This document shows positions 16,204 to 23,608 of a stretch of DNA of 32,564 nucleotides, piece by piece (position 1 is the first letter of the stretch; every line of letters starts with the position of its first letter). A program made the translations under genes and the position numbers. The stretch covers positions 1-32,564 of the forward strand of contig CAZWXA010000002.1 of the NCBI GenBank assembly GCA_964637755.1. The letters run 5' to 3'. This DNA is from an uncultured bacterium (GTDB lineage: Bacteria; Methylomirabilota; Methylomirabilia; Rokubacteriales; CSP1-6). The notes beneath the pieces were generated by a model. The model was given only the letters and a program-made list of their open reading frames with translations, searched no databases and was not told where the DNA came from.

Positions 16204-17388
16204 ATGATCGAGGCGACGAGCACCGCGAATCCGCTCGGCGTCCTTGCGGACACGGACCCCGTCGAGGCGTCCATCGGGCTCTACGTCCACGTCCCGTTCT
16301 GCGCCAGGCGATGCGCATACTGCTCCTTCAACACGGCGCCGCTTCTCGAAGGAGCGAGGGACCGGTACCTGCAGGCGCTCTGGCGGGAAGTCGATCTCGT
16401 GGCTCGCGCCCGCTGGGCGGCGCGCGTGAGCCTCGAGACGATCTTCTTCGGCGGCGGCACACCGTCGCTTCTCGAGCCCGCCGAACTGCACGGCATCCTC
16501 GATCGTCTGCGAAGGCGCTTCGCCGTGCGCGCCGACGCGGAGATCACGGTCGAGTGCAACCCCGAGAGCGTGAGCCGAGTCAAGCTCGATGCCTACCGGG
16601 CGTCGGGCGTCACGCGGGTCAGCCTCGGCGTCCAGTCGCTCGACGACACGGTCCTGCACCGGCTCGGCCGCCTGCACTCGGCCGCTGGCGCGCGGGAGGC
16701 GTACGAGACCGCCCGCGCGGCGGGTATCCCGCAGGTGTCCATCGACCTGATGTACGGGCTGCCGGGCCTCGACCTCGATGGATGGCAGCACACCGTCCGG
16801 GCCGTGCTCGACCTGGGCCCCGATCATCTCTCGGCCTACGGGCTCACGCTGGACAGCGGGAGCCGGTGGGCCGCCGAGGGGGTCGCCGGGCTCCCGGCCG
16901 AGGAGACCGTGGTCGAGCAGTACTGGGCGCTGGCGCGGGACGCCGCCGCCGGCGGCTACGAGCACTACGAGATCTCGAACTACGCGCTCCCGGGCGCTCG
17001 ATCGCGGCACAACCAGATCTACTGGCGGCACCGGGAGTACCTGGCCCTCGGGCCCGGCGCCTGCGGATTCGTCGGCAACGTGCGCTACGGGAACGTGCGG
17101 TCGACCCAACGATACTGCGAGACCCTCGAGCGCGGGACGCTCCCGGTGGCGGAGCACGAGGTCCTGACCCGCAGCCAGCGCCTGGGCGAGCGGCTGATGC
17201 TCGGCCTGCGCGCGCGCGACGGCGTGCCCGCCGAGTGGCTCCGGGCTCGATCGGAGGACGATCCCGCGCTCCGCGCCCGGCTCGACACGTGGGAACGCGA
17301 GACGCTCCTGTCCGTCTCGGGCGGTCGCGCGCGCCTCACCGAGCGCGGCTTCCTGCTCTCCGATGCACTCTTCGTCGAGCTTCTGTGA
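16204..17388 (+). CDS. hemW: radical SAM heme chaperone HemW (oxygen-independent coproporphyrinogen oxidase-like)
   Basis: LYVHVPFCARRCAYCSF (CxxxCxxC), FFGGGTPS, and a HemN_C-like C-terminus. The ATG at 16204 gives a family-typical distance of about 25 residues to the Cys cluster. Confidence 0.85.
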   Translation: MIEATSTANPLGVLADTDPVEASIGLYVHVPFCARRCAYCSFNTAPLLEGARDRYLQALWREVDLVARARWAARVSLETIFFGGGTPSLLEPAELHGILDRLRRRFAVRADAEITVECNPESVSRVKLDAYRASGVTRVSLGVQSLDDTVLHRLGRLHSAAGAREAYETARAAGIPQVSIDLMYGLPGLDLDGWQHTVRAVLDLGPDHLSAYGLTLDSGSRWAAEGVAGLPAEETVVEQYWALARDAAAGGYEHYEISNYALPGARSRHNQIYWRHREYLALGPGACGFVGNVRYGNVRSTQRYCETLERGTLPVAEHEVLTRSQRLGERLMLGLRARDGVPAEWLRARSEDDPALRARLDTWERETLLSVSGGRARLTERGFLLSDALFVELL

Positions 17389-17420
17389 GCGGGCGTGACG
17401 CCATCGACGTCCACGACGAC

Positions 17421-17480
17421 CGGTGGGGGGTGTCGGGGAAGAGCGGCGGCCGCCCCCCCCGACGTTGACCGACTGTGGTC
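17421..17480 (+). repeat. G-run/C-run hairpin repeat, copy A (hemW-hrcA spacer)
   Basis: CGGTGGGGGGTGTCGGGGAAGAGCGGCGGCCGCCCCCCCCGACGTTGACCGACTGTGGTC. The first 16 nt are identical to copy B. I estimate about 85% identity to copy C by eye. Confidence 0.75.
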
Positions 17481-17494
17481 GCGGTCGAACGCGC

Positions 17495-18511
17495 ATGGAT
17501 GAGCGGCACCGACAGGTCCTGATCGCGGTCATCCGCGAGTACATCGACTCCGCCGAGCCAGTCGGGTCACGAGCGCTCGCGAAGCGGCACATGCCCACCC
17601 TCTCGCCGGCCACGATCCGCAACGCGATGGCGGACCTCGAGGACATGGGGTACCTGACCCAGCCGCACGCCTCCGCCGGCCGCGTCCCGACCGACACCGC
17701 GTATCGCTTCTACGTCGATTCGTTTCCCCCGCCGACGGCGGCGCCCGAGCAAGCGCCCTCGCGGGAGCACGGCGACGGCATCGATCGGCTGCTGGAACAG
17801 ACGACGGCGCGGCTGTCCGAGACGAGCCACTTCACGGGCCTGCTCCTGGCCCCGCCGCTCAAGCACACGACCCTTGCGCGGGTCGACCTGATCCCGCTCG
17901 AGGGCGACCGCGTGCTCGTCGTGATCGTCACGGAGACCGGCTGGGTCACCGCCCGCGCGCTCGGTGTCCCGCCCAGCATCCCGCGGGACGACCTGCGCGA
18001 CATCGGCCGCGAGATCACGCGGCGCGTCCGCGGGCGCACCGTCCAGCAGGTGCTCGACGACTACGCGGCGCCGGCCGATCCCCTGGACCCGCTGCGGATG
18101 CGCGTCGGCGCCCTGGTCGAGCAGATCCTCGCCGTCCTGGCGGAACGCACCCTCTACGTGAGGGGCACGACCAACATGCTCGATCACCCGGAGTTTCTCG
18201 ACATCGCGGCGGTGCGCCAGATGCTGCGGACGTTCGAGCAGAAGGACCGCCTGATCGAGTTGCTCACGGGGCTGGCGCAGGGGGCCGGCGTGCAGGTGAC
18301 GATCGGCGAGGAGAACCCGGTTCACGAGCTGCAGGGATGCACGCTGGTGACGTCCGCGTACACCTACCGGGGCCAGATCCTCGGTATTCTCGGGATCGTC
18401 GGGCCCCGGCGGATGCCCTATCCGCAGGTGATCTCGATCGTCGACAGCGCCGCGCACCAGATGAGCGAGCGCCTGTCCCGCCTCCGGCGGGATCTGTACC
18501 TCCCCTCCTGA
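17495..18511 (+). CDS. hrcA: heat-inducible transcription repressor HrcA
   Basis: MDERHRQVLIAVIREYIDSAEPVGSRALA... (wHTH), ATIRNAMADLEDMGYL, C-terminal GILGIVGPRRMPY. Confidence 0.9.
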   Translation: MDERHRQVLIAVIREYIDSAEPVGSRALAKRHMPTLSPATIRNAMADLEDMGYLTQPHASAGRVPTDTAYRFYVDSFPPPTAAPEQAPSREHGDGIDRLLEQTTARLSETSHFTGLLLAPPLKHTTLARVDLIPLEGDRVLVVIVTETGWVTARALGVPPSIPRDDLRDIGREITRRVRGRTVQQVLDDYAAPADPLDPLRMRVGALVEQILAVLAERTLYVRGTTNMLDHPEFLDIAAVRQMLRTFEQKDRLIELLTGLAQGAGVQVTIGEENPVHELQGCTLVTSAYTYRGQILGILGIVGPRRMPYPQVISIVDSAAHQMSERLSRLRRDLYLPS

Positions 18512-18533
18512 CGACGGGCGCCCACCCCCGCCC

Positions 18534-18542
18534 TGCTATACT
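18534..18542 (+). promoter_or_regulatory. extended -10 promoter TGcTATACT directly upstream of grpE
   Basis: The hexamer ends 8 nt before ATG 18551, so the predicted TSS is at or within about 2 nt of the start codon (leaderless). Confidence 0.5.
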
Positions 18543-18550
18543 TTGGGGGC

Positions 18551-19084
18551 ATGACGCACGAAGAGCCCCCAGGAGCCGACACCGAGATCCGGGACCGCTC
18601 GAGCGAGGTGGAGCAGCTTCGCCGGGAGCTCCAGGAGAAGACCGATCGATACCTGCGGGCGCTGGCCGAGATGGAAAACGCCCGGCGCCGCTCCCAGCGG
18701 GAGCGGGACGAGTACATCCAGTACGCGAACGAGTCCCTGATCCGCGAGCTCGTTCCGGTGCTCGACAACTTCGACCGGGCGATCGAGGCCACGCGCGACG
18801 CCGGGGGTCCGGCCTCGATGGTCGAGGGGATCGAGCTCATCCAGCGGGAGCTGCTGAAGGTCCTCGAGCGGTTCGGTGTCGAGCAATACTCCGCCCTCGG
18901 TGCCACCTTCGATCCCACGCGGCACGAGGCGATGTCGCGCGTGGTCAGCGACGCGCACCCGGAGAACACCGTCGTCGGCGAGACGCTCCGGGGCTACCTC
19001 CTCAACGGGCGCGTCCTGCGCCCGGCCTTGGTCGCGGTGTGCGCCGCGCCCGACCCGGCCCCGGTGCCGGGAGCGCCCGACTGA
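18551..19084 (+). CDS. grpE: nucleotide exchange factor GrpE
   Basis: RALAEMENARRRSQRE coiled-coil region, LIRELVPVLDNFDRA, FDPTRHEAM, GYLLNGRVLRPALV. Confidence 0.92.
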   Translation: MTHEEPPGADTEIRDRSSEVEQLRRELQEKTDRYLRALAEMENARRRSQRERDEYIQYANESLIRELVPVLDNFDRAIEATRDAGGPASMVEGIELIQRELLKVLERFGVEQYSALGATFDPTRHEAMSRVVSDAHPENTVVGETLRGYLLNGRVLRPALVAVCAAPDPAPVPGAPD

Positions 19085-19114
19085 GAGGGTGTGCGGAAAT
19101 GCGCCGCGGGACCC

Positions 19115-19173
19115 CGGTGGGGGGTGTCGGCGGGGAACGGTGGTCGCTCCCTCCGACGTCGACTGAGGTCGCC
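19115..19173 (+). repeat. G-run/C-run hairpin repeat, copy B (grpE-dnaJ spacer)
   Basis: CGGTGGGGGGTGTCGGCGGGGAACGGTGGTCGCTCCCTCCGACGTCGACTGAGGTCGCC. It also shares about 20 nt of 5' flank with copy C (CCGCGGG..CCCGGTGGGGGG). Confidence 0.75.
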
Positions 19174-19180
19174 TAGCCAG

Positions 19181-20248
19181 GTGCCGCGCGACTACTACGA
19201 AGTGCTCGGCGTCCCGCGGGGAGCGAGCGACGCCGAGATGAAGAAGGCCTACCGGCAGCTCGCGATGCGCTATCACCCCGACAAGAACCCGGGCGACGCC
19301 GAGGCCGAGAACCGCTTCAAGGAGGCCAACGAGGCGTACGCCGTGCTTTCCGATGCCGACAAGCGGGCGCAGTACGATCGCGTCGGCACGGTGTCGTCCG
19401 GCGTCTCCGGCTTCGGCGACGTCGGCACCCTGTTCGAGGACATCTTCGAGGGGTTCTTCTCCGGGGGCGGCCGCGGCCGCCAGCGGAGCCGGGCGGTTCG
19501 CGGGGAGGACCTGCAGTACGAACACAAGATCTCCCTGGAGGAAGCGGCGACGGGCGTCGAGACCAGGATCCAGATCCCCCGTCCTGAAACGTGCGAGACC
19601 TGCGGGGGCAGCGGCATCGAGCAGGGCAGCACGCGCGCGACCTGCCACACCTGCCAGGGACGCGGCGAGGTGCGCTACAACCAGGGCTTCCTCACCGTCG
19701 GCCGGACGTGTCCGCGCTGCGGCGGCGAGGGCGAGATCGTGACGAACCCGTGCACGACCTGTCGGGGAGAGGGTCGGGTCCGGCGCGAGCGGCAACTGCT
19801 GGTGAAGATCCCGGCCGGTATCGAAGACGGCATGCAGATGCGGCTCACCGGCGAAGGGGGGGGCGGCGCGCGCGGCGGGCCGCCCGGAGACCTCTACGTC
19901 GTGGTCCGCGTGGAGGAGCACGAGCGGTTCGTCCGGCGCGACGCCGACCTGCACACGGACGTTCGGCTCGCGTTTCCCCAGGCCGCACTCGGCACCGAGG
20001 TGGAGGTGCCCGTGCTCGGTGGAACGGCGAAGCTCAAGGTGCCGGCCGGCACCCAGCCACACGACGTGCTCCGTCTCCGGGCCAAGGGCATGCCGCACCT
20101 CCGCGGCCGCGGGCATGGTGACGCCTGCTATCGGGTCGTGCTGGAGGTCCCGCAGAAGCTCACCGCGAAGCAGCGCGAAGCGCTCGAAGCGTTCGAGGCC
20201 GCGATGAAGGACGAGGGGAGCTGGGTCAAGAAGATCCTCGGGGGCTGA
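19181..20248 (+). CDS. dnaJ: molecular chaperone DnaJ
   Basis: J domain DYYEVLGV...[11 protein letters not shown] region, and four CxxCxGxG repeats ([32 protein letters not shown]). GTG start at 19181. The track start at 19091 reads through the repeat. Confidence 0.9.
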   Translation: MPRDYYEVLGVPRGASDAEMKKAYRQLAMRYHPDKNPGDAEAENRFKEANEAYAVLSDADKRAQYDRVGTVSSGVSGFGDVGTLFEDIFEGFFSGGGRGRQRSRAVRGEDLQYEHKISLEEAATGVETRIQIPRPETCETCGGSGIEQGSTRATCHTCQGRGEVRYNQGFLTVGRTCPRCGGEGEIVTNPCTTCRGEGRVRRERQLLVKIPAGIEDGMQMRLTGEGGGGARGGPPGDLYVVVRVEEHERFVRRDADLHTDVRLAFPQAALGTEVEVPVLGGTAKLKVPAGTQPHDVLRLRAKGMPHLRGRGHGDACYRVVLEVPQKLTAKQREALEAFEAAMKDEGSWVKKILGG

Positions 20249-21099
20249 TGGCGCGGCCGTACTGGGAGCTGAGGGTTCCCCTGTCCGAGCACATCTCCGA
20301 GGGGCTCACGAACCTGGTCTGGGAACTCGGCGCCCTGGGCGTCGTCGAGGACGAGGGGTTGCGCGCGTTCTTCCCGCCCGACGTGGTGCCCGGCACCCTG
20401 GATGCCCGTGTCCGGGAGTACCTCGAGGACCTACGAGCGCTCGGCTTCTCGGTGGTCGACTCGCCGCCGGTGGTGACGCCGCTCGCCGACGAGGCCTGGG
20501 CAGAGGCGTGGAAGGCGTATTTCCGGCCGATCGAGGTGGGCACGCGGCTGCTCGTCGCGCCGCCGTGGGACGTCCCGTCGACATCGCGACTCACCATCGT
20601 GATCGAGCCCGGCCGCGCGTTCGGCACGGGCCACCACGGAACGACCGCCGGGTGTCTGGTCCTCCTGGAACGGCTCTGCGGCGCAGTCGGCCAAGCGCTC
20701 GACCTGGGAACCGGCTCCGGCATCCTGGCCATCGCCGCGGCGAAGCTCGGCGTCGAGCAGGTGCACGCCGTCGACAGCGACCCCGATGCGATCGCGGCGG
20801 CCGTGGCGAATGCCGCCCGAAACGGCGTGGCCGATCGGGTGCGCTGCGCCATGGCAGACGCGGCGGAGATCACCTCGGCCGGCGCGCCGCTCGTGGTCGC
20901 CAACCTTCTGGCGAGCACCCACCTCGGCTTCGGGGCGCTCTACGCCCGGCTGGTCGCCCCCGGCGGGAGGCTCCTCCTGGGCGGGATGCTCGATCACGAG
21001 GCCGCCGGCGTGACCGAGGCGCTCGGCACGCGGGGCTTCACGGCGAGCGACCGGGAGGTCGCCGACGGCTGGGCGAGCCTCACCTTTCGCCGATGGTGA
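20248..21099 (+). CDS. prmA: ribosomal protein L11 methyltransferase
   Basis: AFGTGHHGTT and LDLGTGSGILAIAAAKLG (SAM motif). The ATG overlaps the dnaJ stop (TGATG). Confidence 0.88.
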   Translation: MARPYWELRVPLSEHISEGLTNLVWELGALGVVEDEGLRAFFPPDVVPGTLDARVREYLEDLRALGFSVVDSPPVVTPLADEAWAEAWKAYFRPIEVGTRLLVAPPWDVPSTSRLTIVIEPGRAFGTGHHGTTAGCLVLLERLCGAVGQALDLGTGSGILAIAAAKLGVEQVHAVDSDPDAIAAAVANAARNGVADRVRCAMADAAEITSAGAPLVVANLLASTHLGFGALYARLVAPGGRLLLGGMLDHEAAGVTEALGTRGFTASDREVADGWASLTFRRW

Positions 21100-21890
21100 G
21101 CCTCCGGCGCTTCCACGTCCAGCAGGGAGCCGTCGAGGGGGCGCGGCTCCGCTTCGACGCCGGCGAGGCCCGGCACATGCTTCGGGCCCTCCGCCTGGGG
21201 CCGGGCGACATGGTCGCCGCCCTCGACGGGAGCGGGCGTGAGTACACGGTGCGCCTCGATCGAGTGAGCCCCGACGCAGCGGTCGGAACGGTGCTCGCGT
21301 CGGCCGAGACCCGGGTCGAATCGCCGCTGGCAATCACCCTGGCCCAGGCGGTGCCGAAGGCCGACAAGTTCGCGACGATCGTCCGCGCGGTGACGGAGTT
21401 AGGGGTGGTCCGGATCGTCCCGATCATCAGCGAGCGCACGATCGTGAGGCCGGACTCGAAGCACTGGCCTGACCGCGTCAAGCGGTGGCAGCGCGTCGCG
21501 GCAGAAGCAACCAAGCAGTGCGGCCGCACGGTGGTGCCGCCGGTCGAGCGACCCCGCCCGTTCGAGGAATTCCTCCTCGCGGAGACTCGAGACGGCCTCC
21601 GGCTCTGTCTGTGGGAGGACGAAACCCGGCCGCTCGCTGCCATCCTCGCCGCCGCGGGCGGACGCCTCGCGAGCGCCACGATCCTCGTCGGCCCCGAGGG
21701 AGGCTTCTCGGCGGCCGAGGTCGAGCGGGCGCGGGCTCACGGCTTCGCCTCGACGAGCCTTGGACCACGAGTGCTGAGAACGGAGACGGCGGGCCCCGCG
21801 ATCGTGGCGGTCCTCCAGTCGCGCTTCGGTGATCTCGGCAGATCAGTCGGATCCGGGCCGTCTCCTTTCGGAGACGGTCAAGGGCCCTGA
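21093..21890 (+). CDS. rsmE: 16S rRNA (uracil1498-N3)-methyltransferase RsmE
   Basis: MVSLRRFHV N-terminus and ILVGPEGGFSAAEV...LGPRVLRTETA (SPOUT knot motif). Overlaps the prmA end by 7 nt. It carries a roughly 20-aa non-conserved tail that contains a hairpin. Confidence 0.85.
   Translation: MVSLRRFHVQQGAVEGARLRFDAGEARHMLRALRLGPGDMVAALDGSGREYTVRLDRVSPDAAVGTVLASAETRVESPLAITLAQAVPKADKFATIVRAVTELGVVRIVPIISERTIVRPDSKHWPDRVKRWQRVAAEATKQCGRTVVPPVERPRPFEEFLLAETRDGLRLCLWEDETRPLAAILAAAGGRLASATILVGPEGGFSAAEVERARAHGFASTSLGPRVLRTETAGPAIVAVLQSRFGDLGRSVGSGPSPFGDGQGP
21858..21877 (+). terminator. perfect 8-bp stem hairpin CCGTCTCC-TTTC-GGAGACGG inside the last codons of rsmE
   Basis: Read directly from the sequence. 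There is no U-tract. It is followed 13 nt later by a second palindrome at 21891-21910. Confidence 0.35.
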
Positions 21891-21910
21891 CTGTCTCATT
21901 AATGGGACAG
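21891..21910. promoter_or_regulatory. 20-bp near-perfect palindrome CTGTCTCATTAATGGGACAG (candidate enhancer/operator site or terminator hairpin)
   Basis: The reverse complement is CTGTCCCATTAATGAGACAG, so 18 of 20 positions are symmetric. It starts at the base after the rsmE stop and lies 72 bp upstream of the sigma-54 -24 box. Confidence 0.45.
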
Positions 21911-21981
21911 CTCATGGATCTCGACTGTGACGTGATTTGACAAGACATTTCGTATCAACATGATGAGAGATATACCTGGCC

Positions 21982-21996
21982 TGGCACACCCATTGC
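21982..21996 (+). promoter_or_regulatory. sigma-54 (-24/-12) promoter TGGCAC-N5-TTGC upstream of lpxC
   Basis: cTGGCACacccaTTGCg has exact GG-N10-GC spacing. It ends 17 nt before the lpxC ATG at 22014 and lies in the only AT-rich intergenic stretch of the window. Confidence 0.5.
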
Positions 21997-22013
21997 GTCC
22001 GCCGCACCTGGCT

Positions 22014-22919
22014 ATGGGATACCAGCAGACGATCAACCAGCAGGTTGTCTACGAAGGTATCGGGCTGCACTCCGGCAGGCCTACCCGGATCATCGTGTCG
22101 CCAGCCGAGGCCAATTCGGGTATCGTCTTCCGGGCCGTCGGACACACGGGACGGATCCTCGCCCGCCCCGGGACCGTGGTGGACTCCCACTATGCGACCA
22201 CCATCGGCGTGAACGGCACGCGAATCCAGACGGTCGAGCACCTCATGGCGGCGGCTGCCGGGCTCGGGCTCGACAACCTGGAGATCACCGTTGACGGCCC
22301 GGAGGTTCCCGCGGCCGACGGCAGCGCTCAGCCCTTCGTGCAGCTTCTCCGGTCGGCTGGCCGGACCACCTTCGCGGCGCGGCGACGGCCTCTGGTCATC
22401 ACCCGCCCTGTCCGGGTCGGGACGGAATCCCGGTGGCTCCAGGTCTTCCCGAGCGAGGCCTTCCGGATCAGTTACACCCTGGACAGCAGTCATCCAGCGG
22501 TCGGCGCGCAGGCGATCTCCTGCGAGCCGTCGGAAAAGCTGTTCGTCGAGGAGCTCGCGCCGGCGAGGACGTACGGCTTCCTGAAGGATGTCGACACCCT
22601 CCGCAAGAACGGTCTGGCCCGAGGAGGCTCGCTCGACAACGCCGTGGTGATCGGCAAGCGGAGCGTCCTGAACGGGTTGCGCTACCAGGACGAGTTCGTT
22701 CGGCACAAGATCCTCGACCTCATCGGAGATCTCGCGCTGCTCGGACGGCCGATCGTGGGGCACGTCATCGCGCGCAACGCCGGGCACGCGTTGAACTTGG
22801 AGCTCGTCACGGCGATCGAACGCATCGACGCCGCCGATCATCGCCGTCTGCTCGCGGCGCGAGACGCGGCTCCCCGCGCGCCAGACCTGACGGCGGCTCC
22901 CGGGTTCGCCGCCCTCTAG
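22014..22919 (+). CDS. lpxC: UDP-3-O-acyl-N-acetylglucosamine deacetylase
   Basis: MGYQQTINQQVVYEGIGLHSG, TVEHLMAA, GFLKDV, HKILDLIGDLAL. The internal ATG at 22014 matches the family N-terminus. The track start at 21960 adds 18 non-conserved residues. Confidence 0.88.
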   Translation: MGYQQTINQQVVYEGIGLHSGRPTRIIVSPAEANSGIVFRAVGHTGRILARPGTVVDSHYATTIGVNGTRIQTVEHLMAAAAGLGLDNLEITVDGPEVPAADGSAQPFVQLLRSAGRTTFAARRRPLVITRPVRVGTESRWLQVFPSEAFRISYTLDSSHPAVGAQAISCEPSEKLFVEELAPARTYGFLKDVDTLRKNGLARGGSLDNAVVIGKRSVLNGLRYQDEFVRHKILDLIGDLALLGRPIVGHVIARNAGHALNLELVTAIERIDAADHRRLLAARDAAPRAPDLTAAPGFAAL

Positions 22920-22972
22920 CTGGAACTCGTCTCGGTGCTCGCCGAGCGCAGGAGCCGACGGTCCTCGATCGA

Positions 22973-22998
22973 CTGGCCGGGCCCGCCCCCCGGGCCAG
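22973..22998 (+). terminator. GC-rich hairpin after lpxC (CTGGCCGGG-loop-CCCgGGCCAG, one bulge, no U-tract)
   Basis: Located between the lpxC stop (22919) and the TATAAT at 23018. Confidence 0.25.
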
Positions 22999-23017
22999 GT
23001 CCAGTCCGCTCCCGCGC

Positions 23018-23023
23018 TATAAT
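23018..23023 (+). promoter_or_regulatory. -10 hexamer TATAAT upstream of the DUF4390 gene
   Basis: gcgcTATAATgcgcctctgccggtATG. The hexamer ends 14 nt before ATG 23038, with no SD and no convincing -35. Confidence 0.4.
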
Positions 23024-23037
23024 GCGCCTCTGCCGGT

Positions 23038-23607
23038 ATGCGTACACGTGCCGTCCTGCGGGTGCTGGTCGCGGTGGCGTTGATCGAGGCGATCGCGGCG
23101 CCGGTCACGGCCGAGTTGCGCATCAACACGCTCGCGGTCTATCTCAACGATTCGGACGTCACCGCTCGGGTCGTGCTGTTCGGCGCGATCCCGGCGAGCT
23201 TCCTCGAGAGCATTCGCAGCGGGATTCCCAGCCACGTCCGCTTCACGGTGGAGCTCTGGCAGTACCGGCGGATGTGGCTGGACCGCCTCCTCCAGACCAG
23301 GACCATCGAGCGCCAGGTGGCGTACAACGTGCTGACCAAGGAGTTCAAGGTCGCGTCCCTGGCCGGCGAGACCCGCGAGCCGTACCTGTCGCGCGAGCTA
23401 CGCGACGCGCAGCGCGTGCTGTCCGAGCTGCGCGGCCTGAAGCTGGTCCCCGCCTCGCAGCTCGCGCCCTCCGAGCTGTTCTACGTCCGCGTGCGCGTCG
23501 AGGCGGCGCTCGGCGGGGTGAACACCTTCTTCACGCGCTTCTCCGGAGAGGCCGAGGAGACACCGTGGGTCGACTCGTCGCTCTTGACGGTCAACCGGGG
23601 CCAGTGA
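23038..23607 (+). CDS. secreted DUF4390-like protein
   Basis: Signal peptide MRTRAVLRVLVAVALIEAIAAPVTA. Size (189 aa) and position immediately upstream of ntrY match the DUF4390 family as I recall it. The family call is from memory. Confidence 0.6.
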   Translation: MRTRAVLRVLVAVALIEAIAAPVTAELRINTLAVYLNDSDVTARVVLFGAIPASFLESIRSGIPSHVRFTVELWQYRRMWLDRLLQTRTIERQVAYNVLTKEFKVASLAGETREPYLSRELRDAQRVLSELRGLKLVPASQLAPSELFYVRVRVEAALGGVNTFFTRFSGEAEETPWVDSSLLTVNRGQ

Positions 23608-23608
23608 G

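Noticed and set aside
17389-19180. Searched for a CIRCE operator (TTAGCACTC-N9-GAGTGCTAA) upstream of hrcA, grpE and dnaJ, and for a sigma-32-type promoter.
   Set aside because: No sequence resembling either half-site was seen anywhere in the window by eye. The absence is reported as part of a finding, not as a feature.
555-21890. N-terminal extensions of track ORFs (555..1781, 1406..2929, 2095..3717, 4637..5962, 6497..7693, 10359..11465, 10577..12385, 12443..13654, 13183..15441, 16129..17388, 17423..18511, 19091..20248, 20508..21890, plus 21960..22919 and 30361..31623).
   Set aside because: The extra residues overlap the preceding gene in a different frame or read through the hairpin repeat. 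They are compositionally aberrant. An internal ATG or GTG reproduces the family-typical N-terminus, usually with start/stop coupling to the upstream gene.
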